Notes under the pieces: generated by a model | The model's input: the letters and a program-made list of their open reading frames with translations, nothing else | Database searches by the model: none | Told to the model about the DNA's origin: nothing | Shown: positions 1-9,823 of the stretch, piece by piece | Numbering within the stretch: the stretch's first letter is position 1 | Layout of the letters: each line of letters begins with the position of its first letter | Assembly: GCA_913058145.1 (NCBI GenBank) | Contig: CAJXQM010000013.1 | Coordinates: 6,807 to 70,806 of the forward strand | Origin: an uncultured Colwellia sp. | Lineage (GTDB): Bacteria; Pseudomonadota; Gammaproteobacteria; Enterobacterales; Alteromonadaceae | Length of the DNA: 64,000 bases | Direction: 5' to 3' | Program-made: the position numbers and the translations under genes

Positions 1-45
1 TGCTCGTTGTATTTGCTGTTATCTACTCGTTAAATACCCGTTACT

Positions 46-954
46 TTATAGCTTGCTAGCGGCGATTAGTGGTGTATGCTTAGGATTTATCGTTTGTTGC
101 AAATAGCGTGTTATTTCTTTGTGTGCTTGGCGAAAAGGCTTATATAAATGAGACTTTAGCTCTTTCTTTATCGGTTTAATATCAATCCCTTTCATAACAC
201 TAAATAATGCTAATGCGTAAACGGTTTCTAACTCAGGTAATGCAGGTTGTCGGTTCAGGCTTCTATCGTTACACGAACCACAACCCCCTTTGAATTGGTA
301 AGCGGTATTAGCAAAAATAACGCCAAAGCCCATAAAACAGGCCACTAAATCAATGGTTTGTGCTAGTACTTCATTGCCCCCTGGCACGCCAGAGGTACTT
401 ATTCCAGAGGTATTAGTTGAGGTGTTAGCGCCATTTTGGTTAACTAAAATACCCGCCTGTCTTTGAACTAAGTAGGCAATTAAATCTTGCGGTTGGTTAA
501 GCTGGCTAGCGTGAAAAGCAATGTCTATTGTGGGAACTACTTCCTCACCCTCAACTTTATAACTGACTTCACGATTAACGTGAGAACTTTCATTATCGCT
601 GATGCTAGCGTTTATCTTAGCACTTTCACCACGCAGTGTTGATTCAAAAGAGAGACGAGGCATTGGCTTTTGGGTAAAGTTCTGCAACGGCATTAGCTTA
701 ATTGGCCATGACGTCATCCCTGTGTACTTCAGGGTATTTGTAAAAATGGATTCTGCCATTTCTTCTACACTGCTTGAACTACCCGGATAGAAAGAATTGT
801 TAGGTAATATCAACTCACTGTTATTGTGAAAAAAGTCACCATCAAGTTGATCGATACACCAAGCAAAGGTATCAAAAATCCACTCTTTGCTTTCTTCATC
901 AATGATAGGTTTTGCTTTAAATAAAGTGGATAACATTAACGTATAGCCTTTCAT
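46..954 (-). CDS. Conserved hypothetical protein with a GGCGSC motif; likely start at 936 (MLSTLF)
   Basis: 302-aa ORF with coding-like composition; GFGVIFANTAYQFKGGCGSC segment; AAGG lies about 10 nt before the second ATG. Confidence 0.8.
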   Translation of the reverse strand: MKGYTLMLSTLFKAKPIIDEESKEWIFDTFAWCIDQLDGDFFHNNSELILPNNSFYPGSSSSVEEMAESIFTNTLKYTGMTSWPIKLMPLQNFTQKPMPRLSFESTLRGESAKINASISDNESSHVNREVSYKVEGEEVVPTIDIAFHASQLNQPQDLIAYLVQRQAGILVNQNGANTSTNTSGISTSGVPGGNEVLAQTIDLVACFMGFGVIFANTAYQFKGGCGSCNDRSLNRQPALPELETVYALALFSVMKGIDIKPIKKELKSHLYKPFRQAHKEITRYLQQTINPKHTPLIAASKL

Positions 955-1156
955 TGGTAGTTTATAAATTGTGTAGTAATTATTTAGGATACTAAATAAT
1001 AGTTAGCTAAGATATGTACGATGAACTAAATACATTGATTTATCATGGATATATTCGTTTTAGAGTTGTATTTACTCTAACGTTGTTTTTGGTAAAACAT
1101 CAAGTTAAAGACAGATTATGTGGCCTAATACTTTACTTTTTCTGTTATTAAGGTAT

Positions 1157-1176
1157 ATTCAAACAAGCGTTTTAAT
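1157..1176. promoter_or_regulatory. PsrA-type (TetR family) operator
   Basis: ATTCAAACAAGCGTTTTAAT, a near-palindrome fitting CAAAC-N4-GTTT(G); 80 bp upstream of an acyl-CoA dehydrogenase; near-identical site before fadB. Confidence 0.7.
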
Positions 1177-1255
1177 TACTTGTTTTTATTTTAGCTTGTT
1201 TGCCAATAAAACAAAGTAAGTTAATTACAATTTAACAAATAAATTAGGAGTTGTT

Positions 1256-3064
1256 GTGGCTGAGTATAAAGTTCCGTTAACAGATATGAGTTTCTTGCTT
1301 TATGAAGTATTTAAAGCGGATAAAATGTGGCAAAAACTACCTAAATTAGCCGAGCAAGTTGATAAGGACACTGCGGAGGCTATTTTACAAGAGTGCGCCA
1401 AAATTGCTGAACAAGAAATTGATCCTATTGCTCGTCAAGGTGACGAAATTGGCGTGAGCTTTAAAGAGGGTGTGGTGACTACAGCTCCTGGTTATAAAGA
1501 AGCGTTTAAAACCTATGCTGAAGGTGGTTGGACTGCGCTTGGTGGTGATATTAATTATGGCGGCATGGGTATGCCAAAAATGTTAACCGCGATGCATGAA
1601 GAAATGTTAAATAGTGCAGATATTTCTTTTGCGCTTTTTCCGGTACTTACTGCGGGTGCAGCGTTATCATTAGCCAAACACGGCAGTGAAGAATTAAAAC
1701 AACGTTATTTAACGCGCATGTATGCGGGTGATTGGACTGCATCTATGTGCCTAACTGAATCACATTCTGGATCTGATTTGGGTATTATTCGTACAAAAGC
1801 AATTCCACAAGATGATGGTAGTTATAGTATTACCGGCAATAAAATCTTTATCACCGGTGGTGAACATGATCTTACTGAAAATATTGTTCACTTAGTATTA
1901 GCTAAATTACCTGATGCGCCGGCTGGTCCTCGTGGTATTTCCCTGTTTTTAGTCCCTAAAATTAGTGTCAATGACGATGAATCACTTGGTGAGCCAAACA
2001 ATGTGAGTTGTGGTTCTATAGAGCATAAAATGGGTATTCATGCCTCAGCAACTTGTGTCATGAATTTTGATGAATCACAAGGTTTCTTAGTTGGTGAGCT
2101 AAATAAAGGTTTAGCTTGCATGTTCACCATGATGAATTTTGAACGCATTGGTGTGGGCATTCAAGGGTTAAGTGCGGCAGTACGCTCTTACCAAAATGCG
2201 CTAGAGTACGCGAAAGATAGAATACAAGGTAGAGCGCTTGATAGTAAAACCAATGGCGTTAAAAATCCTAATCAAGAAGCTGATTCTATCATGGTACATG
2301 GTGATGTTCGTCGTATGCTTTTAAATATGAAAGCATTGAATGAGGGATCACGCGCGCTTGCTAGTTATATTTCTATGCAACTTGATTACGCGACTTATGG
2401 TGAAGGTGAAGAGCAAGTTAAAGGAGAAACGTTAGCGGCACTGATGACGCCGATTGCTAAAGCCTTTTTTACTGATTTAGGTTTTGAAAATACGGTTGCG
2501 GGTCAACAAGTGTTTGGTGGTCATGGTTATATTCGTGAATGGGGCCAAGAACAATTAGTACGTGATGCTCGAATTACTCAAATATATGAAGGCACCAATG
2601 GTATTCAAGCCATGGATTTATTGATGCGAAAAGTAGCCAGTTCAAAAGGTGCTATGTTAAAAGTGTTTACTGATGAAGTGACTACGTTCATCGAAAGCAG
2701 TAAAGATAATCAAGCCATGAACGAATTTATTACGCCTTTAAAAGGAGCGTTAACTGATTTAACTGAATTAACGACTGATTTATTATCTAAATCAGAAAGT
2801 GATATAAATGAGTTAGGTGCATCAGCAAATGACTATTTACATGTCTTTGGTTATACGGCAATGGCATTTGTTTGGGCTAAAATGGCACAGGTTTCTTTGT
2901 TACAGCAAGAGAGTAATGGTGAAAGCGGTGCAGACTTCTATCAAAGTAAACTGCATACGGCTCGATATTTCTTTGCTCGATTATTACCACGTAGATTGTC
3001 TTTAATTGCTTCAGCAAAATCTGGCAGTGATTGTTTATTTGCTATTGATGATGAGCTGTTTTAG
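1256..3064 (+). CDS. Acyl-CoA dehydrogenase (about 600-aa class)
   Basis: MCLTE..SGSD, GNKIFITGGEHD, KMGIHASATC, QVFGGHGYIREWG and IYEGTNGIQA motifs; GTG start. Confidence 0.95.
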   Translation: MAEYKVPLTDMSFLLYEVFKADKMWQKLPKLAEQVDKDTAEAILQECAKIAEQEIDPIARQGDEIGVSFKEGVVTTAPGYKEAFKTYAEGGWTALGGDINYGGMGMPKMLTAMHEEMLNSADISFALFPVLTAGAALSLAKHGSEELKQRYLTRMYAGDWTASMCLTESHSGSDLGIIRTKAIPQDDGSYSITGNKIFITGGEHDLTENIVHLVLAKLPDAPAGPRGISLFLVPKISVNDDESLGEPNNVSCGSIEHKMGIHASATCVMNFDESQGFLVGELNKGLACMFTMMNFERIGVGIQGLSAAVRSYQNALEYAKDRIQGRALDSKTNGVKNPNQEADSIMVHGDVRRMLLNMKALNEGSRALASYISMQLDYATYGEGEEQVKGETLAALMTPIAKAFFTDLGFENTVAGQQVFGGHGYIREWGQEQLVRDARITQIYEGTNGIQAMDLLMRKVASSKGAMLKVFTDEVTTFIESSKDNQAMNEFITPLKGALTDLTELTTDLLSKSESDINELGASANDYLHVFGYTAMAFVWAKMAQVSLLQQESNGESGADFYQSKLHTARYFFARLLPRRLSLIASAKSGSDCLFAIDDELF

Positions 3065-3104
3065 AGGCATTACTGCTTTCTAGTGAATAGTATGTTAATT
3101 AATC

Positions 3105-3128
3105 CCCGCTGATTCCAGCGGGTTTTTT
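3105..3128 (+). terminator. Intrinsic terminator of the acyl-CoA dehydrogenase gene
   Basis: CCCGCTG-attc-CAGCGGG followed by T6. Confidence 0.85.
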
Positions 3129-3150
3129 ATTTGAAACAAAATTTTATATA

Positions 3151-3315
3151 TCATCATCCCCGCAGTGTTTTGGCCTCTTTTGCCCTTCGGCTCTTCGGCA
3201 AGCTCAGGACTTAGGATGATCGACGAGCTTCCTTCGACAAGCTCAGGATCAACGGAGATAAGTGGAAGTTATTACCGTTCGCCCTGAGCGCGAAGCAGTC
3301 GAAGGGAGGAGTAAT
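3151..3315. repeat. REP-like palindrome cluster A
   Basis: CTTCG(A/G)CAAGCTCAGG at 3193-3208 and 3232-3247; inverted partner CCGTTCGCCCTGAGC..GTCGAAGGG at 3275-3306; same family at 27870-28110. Confidence 0.85.
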
Positions 3316-3402
3316 CGAAATGACGTTATTAATAAACTCCTAAGTAAAGTACACAGGTAAATTAAATATTAGGTGGTGAATGGTAATCGGCTACCTTAAT
3401 AA

Positions 3403-4176
3403 TTAACCTGCATAAATATCAAAAAAGAAATACAGTGTGGTAGCAATACTGGCCAAAATAACAAAGCGTCTAACCTGTTTTTGGGGTAATTGGCGTGACA
3501 CATACGCTGCAACATAGCCTCCCGCTAAGGTGCCACATAGTACAATCGTGCCTTCATACCAGGCAATAACATCATTATAAATAAACAATGCGATGGCAAT
3601 CAGCGATACGGTCGATGAGATTAATAGTTTTAATCCATTCATGGTATTGATATTTGTGTGGCCAGCTAATGCTAAATAGCTGAGTGTAATAATACCCAGT
3701 CCCGCGTTGAAGAAGCCACCATAGGTTGATATCCCAAAAAGGATGATTAACAGTAAAATGCCCCCTATGGATGATGCGTGTCGGTGATTTGATGCTATTT
3801 TTTTAAGTCCTGTATTAATCTGCCCGCCAAAAATAAACAAGACGGTAGCAAATAATAACAACCAAGGAATAGCCTCTCGAAACACTGCTTGAGGTGTTTG
3901 TAGTAATAGCCAGGCACCAGAAATACCACCGATTAAGCTGATTATTAATATTAGAAGCAGTTCATCTCTATGGTCAGCAATCTCTTTTCGAAAGGCATAA
4001 GTACCGCTCATATAACCAGCGCATGACGCAAAAGTATTTGTTGCATTGGCCATAATAGGAGGAATGCCAACAAAGATAAGTGTGGGGAATGTAATAAAAC
4101 TTCCGCCGCCTGCAATTGAGTTCAGAACACCGCCAAAAAATCCTGCGAGGAACAAAAGTACAAGTTCAAATGACAT
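3403..4176 (-). CDS. TSUP (TauE/SafE-type) membrane transporter; likely start MSFELVLL at 4176
   Basis: AGFFGGVLNSIAGGGSFITFP N-terminal motif, ANATN, YGGFFNAGLG; multiple hydrophobic segments. Confidence 0.9.
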   Translation of the reverse strand: MSFELVLLFLAGFFGGVLNSIAGGGSFITFPTLIFVGIPPIMANATNTFASCAGYMSGTYAFRKEIADHRDELLLILIISLIGGISGAWLLLQTPQAVFREAIPWLLLFATVLFIFGGQINTGLKKIASNHRHASSIGGILLLIILFGISTYGGFFNAGLGIITLSYLALAGHTNINTMNGLKLLISSTVSLIAIALFIYNDVIAWYEGTIVLCGTLAGGYVAAYVSRQLPQKQVRRFVILASIATTLYFFFDIYAG

Positions 4177-4313
4177 CGTTAAAAATAAGCCTAAGGAGTA
4201 TATAGATGGACTAGACGATAGCATATTTACAGTAAGTCCAATAGGTTCATATAGAAGCATGTAATAACCTAAAAATTATTTACCACGCTTTCGTCATTTT
4301 TTTAAATATTGCT

Positions 4314-4327
4314 CCACAAAAGTCCAC
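4314..4327 (-). promoter_or_regulatory. Inverted pair of MraZ-type boxes (CCAC-N6-CCAC)
   Basis: CCAC at 4314-4317 and 4324-4327, 10-bp period, mirroring the GTGG array downstream. Confidence 0.45.
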
Positions 4328-4419
4328 AAATTCATTAACTTCCTAAAATTATTTTATCACCCCTTATTTTTACTGGTTATATGACCAGTACTCATACTGA
4401 TGTTTTTACTGATCTTTAC

Positions 4420-4449
4420 TTGACAGAACTTTACTTTAGTCACTAGAAT
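4420..4449 (+). promoter_or_regulatory. Sigma70 promoter of the dcw operon
   Basis: TTGACA (4420-4425), 18-bp spacer, TAGAAT (4444-4449), directly upstream of the MraZ boxes. Confidence 0.75.
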
Positions 4450-4457
4450 GGTTCGAT

Positions 4458-4481
4458 GTGGTAAAAAGTGGGTAATTGTGG
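4458..4481 (+). promoter_or_regulatory. MraZ operator: three GTGG boxes at 10-bp period
   Basis: GTGG at 4458, 4468 and 4478 (GTGG-N6-GTGG-N6-GTGG), the known MraZ-binding architecture. Confidence 0.85.
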
Positions 4482-4562
4482 ATCCTTGAGACACATTCAA
4501 GTTGATTTTTAACAATTACGGCAAAATATTAAACAAAAGCAACGTTGATATAAGTAAATATT

Positions 4563-5021
4563 ATGTTTAGAGGCGCTAGCGCAATTACGCTTGATAGCAA
4601 GAATAGAATCACGGTACCTACTAAGTATCGCGAGGAGCTATTTGCCGATTGCCAAGGAAAGATGATCTGCACTGTTGATATTCAACACCCGTGCTTGTTA
4701 CTTTACCCTTTGCCTGAATGGGAAGAAATTGAATTAAAACTTTGTAGTTTATCAAGTATGAATCCACAAGAACGCTTATTACAGCAAGTTTTACTGGGAA
4801 ATGCGACTGATTGTGACATGGATAAAAATGGACGGTTATTACTCAACGGCCCGTTAAGACAACATGCAGGGTTAGAAAAACCGGTGATTTTAGTCGGTCA
4901 ATTGAAAAAATTTGAAATATGGAGTGAGTCAGCATGGCAAGCTCAAATGCAGCAAGGTATTAGTAAAATACAATCAGGTGAAATTGAATTAACAGACCGT
5001 TTACTTGATTTATCACTATAA
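4563..5021 (+). CDS. mraZ: Transcriptional repressor MraZ
   Basis: MFRGASAITLDSKNRITVP and DKNGRLLL AbrB-like repeats; first gene of the dcw cluster. Confidence 0.98.
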   Translation: MFRGASAITLDSKNRITVPTKYREELFADCQGKMICTVDIQHPCLLLYPLPEWEEIELKLCSLSSMNPQERLLQQVLLGNATDCDMDKNGRLLLNGPLRQHAGLEKPVILVGQLKKFEIWSESAWQAQMQQGISKIQSGEIELTDRLLDLSL

Positions 5022-5100
5022 AGTATTTATGGGTGATTTTTAGTCATACCTTGTAGCGTCAAACAGAATACTATATTAAAAAGGTTATAAAAATAACAAT

Positions 5101-6051
5101 ATGGAACCAGATAAAACACACATTTCTGTTTTATTAGCTGAGGCGATAGATGGCTTAGACATCGATCCCGATGGATGCTATATCGATTGTACCTTTGGTC
5201 GTGGCGGTCACTCGTCTTTGATTCTTTCTAAATTATCAGCGCAAGGGCGATTAATTGCCATTGATCGTGATCCTTCTGCTATTACAGCGGCTGAAAAATT
5301 CAAAGATGATAAACGTTTTCTTATTGAGCACGAAGGATTTGCCAGTTTAGCTGACATAGCCGAAAAGCACAGTTTAGTTGGCAAAGTGAACGGTATATTA
5401 TTAGATTTAGGCGTATCTTCACCGCAGTTAGACGAAGCAGAACGTGGCTTTAGTTTTATGAAAGATGGGCCGTTAGATATGCGTATGGATACGACTCGTG
5501 GCCAAACAGCAGAGCAGTGGCTAGCGGTTGCTGATGTTGAAGATATTACCTGGGTGTTGAGAAATTTTGGCGAGGAAAAACACGCTTGGCGTATTGCCAA
5601 TGCTATTGTTGATGCGCGCGTTGAAACCCCTTTTACCCGCACTAGTCAGTTAGCTAAATTGATAAAAGCGACAGCACCACAGCGTGAAATAAAAAAGCAT
5701 CCGGCAACGCGAAGTTTTCAAGCCATTCGTATGTATATCAACAGTGAACTTGAGCAAATTGAAAAAGTATTAGCGGCTTCTTTAACTGTGTTGGCTGAAG
5801 GTGGCCGTTTAGTGGTGATTAGCTTTCATTCACTTGAAGACCGTTTAGTTAAGCAATTTATGAAAAAGCATTCACAAGGTAAAAAAGTACCTCGTGGCTT
5901 GATGATTACTGAAGAAGAGTTAAATAAAGGCAAAAAGCTAGAATTAATAGGTCGTAGATTAAAGCCGAGTCAAAGTGAAGTGGAAGTCAATGTGCGCTCG
6001 CGCAGTTCAGTATTACGTATTGCTAAACGCTTACAACATATAGACGAGTAA
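5101..6051 (+). CDS. rsmH: 16S rRNA m4C1402 methyltransferase
   Basis: [34 protein letters not shown] motifs. Confidence 0.98.
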   Translation: MEPDKTHISVLLAEAIDGLDIDPDGCYIDCTFGRGGHSSLILSKLSAQGRLIAIDRDPSAITAAEKFKDDKRFLIEHEGFASLADIAEKHSLVGKVNGILLDLGVSSPQLDEAERGFSFMKDGPLDMRMDTTRGQTAEQWLAVADVEDITWVLRNFGEEKHAWRIANAIVDARVETPFTRTSQLAKLIKATAPQREIKKHPATRSFQAIRMYINSELEQIEKVLAASLTVLAEGGRLVVISFHSLEDRLVKQFMKKHSQGKKVPRGLMITEEELNKGKKLELIGRRLKPSQSEVEVNVRSRSSVLRIAKRLQHIDE

Positions 6052-6053
6052 TT

Positions 6054-6383
6054 GTGTCAAATCAAAGAGCGGCGCAACGTAAATCCGTGCTAACGCTAGA
6101 TATTTGGCAAGATATTTTACAGCATTTTGTTAGTTACGCTTTATTACTTTTAGTGGTGATGTCAGCATTTTTAGTTATTTATTACACCCATGTAAACCGA
6201 CAAACGACCAGTGAATTAGAGCAGTTATTTACCCAGCGAGATGAGTTAGATATTGAATGGCGTAATTTATTGTTAGAGCAAAACTCTTTAGCGGAACACA
6301 GCACAATAGAAAGTAAAGCAATGAAGTTGTTAAATATGAAGCGGCCAGATACTAAGTCAGAAATAATTATAACGTTAAAATAA
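6054..6383 (+). CDS. ftsL: Cell division protein FtsL
   Basis: Single TM segment then leucine zipper, EWRNLLLEQ; between rsmH and ftsI. Confidence 0.95.
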   Translation: MSNQRAAQRKSVLTLDIWQDILQHFVSYALLLLVVMSAFLVIYYTHVNRQTTSELEQLFTQRDELDIEWRNLLLEQNSLAEHSTIESKAMKLLNMKRPDTKSEIIITLK

Positions 6384-6438
6384 CGGTTAGGTTAAATAAT
6401 TTTCAAGCAAACAAAAAAGCTTGGATAATATGAGTTAA

Positions 6439-8259
6439 ATGAGCAATGAAGTGAGTGTAAGCGTGAGTAAAAAAGCAAGCAATCGCAGCAGTCAACCCAC
6501 CACTATCGCATGGCGTTATTACGTAGTGCTGGCTATAGTGGTTTTGATTTATGCAGGATTGCTAGCACGTAGTGCTTATATTCAAATAATCGAACCGGAC
6601 ATGCTTAAAAAGCAAGGAGATATGCGCTCAATGCGGGTTGCTGCCAATACAGTGCAGCGTGGTTCTATTATAGATAGAAATGGTGATGAACTTGCCATTA
6701 GTGTACCGGTAGAAACGGTGTGGGCTGATCCAAAAATCATTATGGATAATAACGCCCTGATGATGGCTGAACATTGGCAAGCACTGGCTGATATTTTAGG
6801 TCAAAAGGTTAATGAATTAACGACTCGTGTGGTACGTCATCCCACAAAGCGCTTTGTTTATTTAGAGCGAAAAATATCTCCCGCTATAGCTAATTATATT
6901 CGTGAATTGAAAATCCCTGGTATTCATCTGCGTAAAGAATCAAAACGTTTTTATCCAACCGGTGAAATAAGTGCCCATATTGTTGGTTTTACCAATGTGG
7001 ATGATAAGGGGATTGAAGGAGTTGAACGTGTATATGACCAACTTCTTACGGGTGTAGGGGGCAGCAAACGTTTTAGAAAAGATGCTCAAGGTCGTAAAAT
7101 TGAAATTTTATCTGTTGATGCGTCCCAAGAAGCAAAAAATATTACCCTAACCATTGATCAGCGCATTCAAGTAATTGCTTATCAAGAACTCAAAGGCGCT
7201 GTACAGGCCTTTAAAGCGACTTCTGGTTCGGTAGTTGTGGCCGATATCCATACGGGTGAAATATTAGCGATGGCAAATAGCCCATCTTATAATCCTAATA
7301 ATCGTCGTAATACGGCTATTCACCGCTTCCGTAATCGCGCCATTACCGATATTTACGAGCCCGGCTCAACGATGAAACCCCTTACCGCATTAGCCGCATT
7401 AGAGTTTGGCTCAGCTAAACTTAATACGGTTATTGATACTAGTCCTGGTTGGATGCGTTTAGGCGGTAGACGGGTTAACGACCCTATTAATCGGGGTAAA
7501 CTATCAATTGAAGAAATTTTAGTCACCTCATCAAATATGGGCACCACTAAACTTGCTTTGTCAGTGCCAAAAAACTTTTTGCTTGATAAATTTTTTGATG
7601 CAGGTTTTGCCGATGATACCGGTACAGGTTTGGTTGGTGAAAGCTCTGGCATGATGCATGACCGGCCGCGATGGTCAAAATTTGAGTTAGCGACGCTATC
7701 GTGGGGTTATGGCCTAGCAATAACACCGATGCAACTAGCCCGTTTTTACGCGACGTTAGCCAATGGAGGTATTAAGCGCGAACTGTCTATTGTTAAAACA
7801 GAACAAGTAAACGAAGGTGTACGAATTTTTTCTCAAGCGAACACTGAAGCGGTGATGGCTATGTTAGAAAGCGTTGTTGATGAGCATGTACAAAAAGCTA
7901 AAGTCCCGGGCTATCGCGTGGGTGGTAAAACGGGTACCTCTTTTAAGGCGGTAGCAGGTGGTTATGGTAACGATTATGTGGGCTTATTTGCCGGTGTTGC
8001 CCCAATCTCTGATCCTAAAGTTGTGGTAGTTGTGGTTATTAACGATCCCGGTGGCGATCTTTACCATGGTGGAGAAGTGGCTGCGCCAGTGTTTTCTCGT
8101 GTAATGAAAGGGGCGCTACGGGTACTAAATGTTGCGCCTGATGCCAATGAAAAGTTAGCGCATCATAATACTGTAATAAATAACAGGGTAAAAAATAATA
8201 CAGTAATAAAAACGATTGATGAATTACGCGTAAGTGCGTCGGAGGCTAATGATGTTTAA
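6439..8259 (+). CDS. ftsI: Penicillin-binding protein 3 (septal transpeptidase)
   Basis: RGSIIDRNG, EPGSTMKP (SxxK), SSN (SxN), KTGT (KTG). Confidence 0.98.
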   Translation: MSNEVSVSVSKKASNRSSQPTTIAWRYYVVLAIVVLIYAGLLARSAYIQIIEPDMLKKQGDMRSMRVAANTVQRGSIIDRNGDELAISVPVETVWADPKIIMDNNALMMAEHWQALADILGQKVNELTTRVVRHPTKRFVYLERKISPAIANYIRELKIPGIHLRKESKRFYPTGEISAHIVGFTNVDDKGIEGVERVYDQLLTGVGGSKRFRKDAQGRKIEILSVDASQEAKNITLTIDQRIQVIAYQELKGAVQAFKATSGSVVVADIHTGEILAMANSPSYNPNNRRNTAIHRFRNRAITDIYEPGSTMKPLTALAALEFGSAKLNTVIDTSPGWMRLGGRRVNDPINRGKLSIEEILVTSSNMGTTKLALSVPKNFLLDKFFDAGFADDTGTGLVGESSGMMHDRPRWSKFELATLSWGYGLAITPMQLARFYATLANGGIKRELSIVKTEQVNEGVRIFSQANTEAVMAMLESVVDEHVQKAKVPGYRVGGKTGTSFKAVAGGYGNDYVGLFAGVAPISDPKVVVVVVINDPGGDLYHGGEVAAPVFSRVMKGALRVLNVAPDANEKLAHHNTVINNRVKNNTVIKTIDELRVSASEANDV

Positions 8260-9823
8260 GCCTTCGCGTCAATTTATGATACAACTGCTATATGATTTTG
8301 CTATCAAGTTACCGGATGACTTTACCCAAACTAACCGATTAGGTGACTTAACTAATGACTCTCGACAGCTAAACTCGGGTGATGTGTTTTGTGCCATTAT
8401 TGGTCATGTTGTTGATGGTCGAAAATATATTTCGGGTGCTATCAACCACGGTGCTAGCTTAGTTTTAGCTGAATGCGTAGATAAAAACGATCATGGTAAT
8501 ATTGTTTTTCAACAAGACGTTGCGGTGGTGAGTTTTTACCAATTAAATAAAAAATTATTTAATTTTGCGAGTACTTACTATCAAAAACCACAAGCAAATA
8601 TGACCATGATAGGCATTACCGGTACTAATGGTAAAACAAGTACTAGTCAGTTACTTGGACAAATATTAACACGTTGTCAAAAGCCTTGTGCAATTATAGG
8701 GACCAATGGCACAGGTATGGTGGATAATTTACAAACCATAGAAAACACTACGCCAAGTGCCACTGCTTTAGTGCAATTATTTAACCAATTCAATAAACAA
8801 AAAATAACTCACCTTGCCATGGAGGTCTCTTCACATGCGCTTGACCAATATCGGATTAACGGCAATGCTTTTGATATTGCCGTTTTTACTAATTTAAGCC
8901 GAGATCACTTAGATTACCATGGCAGTATGACTGATTATGCCGCTGTAAAAAGACAGTTGTTTATTCATAACGATAAACAAGTTGCGGTGTTAAATGCTGA
9001 TGATTCACAAGTTAAAACCTGGTTGAAAACATGGCCGGAGAATCAAAAAAACTTGTGGCTTTATGGGCACAGTGATTTAGTAAGAAATTCAAACCAGTTT
9101 GTTAGCTGTCATGCCATTGAGCACCATAACCAAGGTGTTAATTTTATTTTAAATACACACCTTGGGGACATTAAAATTCATAGCCCCTTATTGGGTGATT
9201 TTAATATTGATAACTTATTAGCAGTAATTGCGGTGTTATTGATTGAAGGAATTTCCTTAGAAGATATCTCTCAAAAAATTACTGGCATTAAGGCTATTGC
9301 AGGTCGTATGGAAGCCTTTTCGGTCAAACCCTCATTATCAACTACATTCGCAACGCCAACCGCGGTCGTTGATTATGCGCATACACCTGATGCTTTAGAA
9401 AAAGCGCTAAAGGCTTGTCGTCAACATTGCTATGGTAGTTTATATGTGCTTTTTGGGTGTGGCGGGGACAGAGATAAAGGCAAGCGAGCACTAATGGCAC
9501 AAGTAGCAGAAAAGCATGCTGATTACTTGGTGATCACTAATGATAACCCGCGCACTGAAGCGCCGATGAGTATCATCGATGATATTTTAAAGGGATTAAC
9601 GCCACAGGCACAACACAAGGTTATTGTTGATAGAGAGCAAGCCGTCTTGGCAACCTTGAAAAAGGCTACCGGTGATGATGTGGTGTTATTAGCAGGTAAA
9701 GGGCATGAAGATTATATTATTTTAGGTAAAGAGAAAATTGACTATAACGAACGGAAAATCGTGATGGAGTTTTTTAAGCATACCCACGCTAACCCTGCAT
9801 TTAAAGTAGGTGAACAATTATGA
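8252..9823 (+). CDS. murE: UDP-MurNAc-tripeptide synthetase (DAP ligase)
   Basis: GITGTNGKTS, MEVSSH, DYAHTPD, DNPR; GGAGG at 8241-8245 favours ATG 8252 (or 8249). Confidence 0.97.
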   Translation: MFKPSRQFMIQLLYDFAIKLPDDFTQTNRLGDLTNDSRQLNSGDVFCAIIGHVVDGRKYISGAINHGASLVLAECVDKNDHGNIVFQQDVAVVSFYQLNKKLFNFASTYYQKPQANMTMIGITGTNGKTSTSQLLGQILTRCQKPCAIIGTNGTGMVDNLQTIENTTPSATALVQLFNQFNKQKITHLAMEVSSHALDQYRINGNAFDIAVFTNLSRDHLDYHGSMTDYAAVKRQLFIHNDKQVAVLNADDSQVKTWLKTWPENQKNLWLYGHSDLVRNSNQFVSCHAIEHHNQGVNFILNTHLGDIKIHSPLLGDFNIDNLLAVIAVLLIEGISLEDISQKITGIKAIAGRMEAFSVKPSLSTTFATPTAVVDYAHTPDALEKALKACRQHCYGSLYVLFGCGGDRDKGKRALMAQVAEKHADYLVITNDNPRTEAPMSIIDDILKGLTPQAQHKVIVDREQAVLATLKKATGDDVVLLAGKGHEDYIILGKEKIDYNERKIVMEFFKHTHANPAFKVGEQL

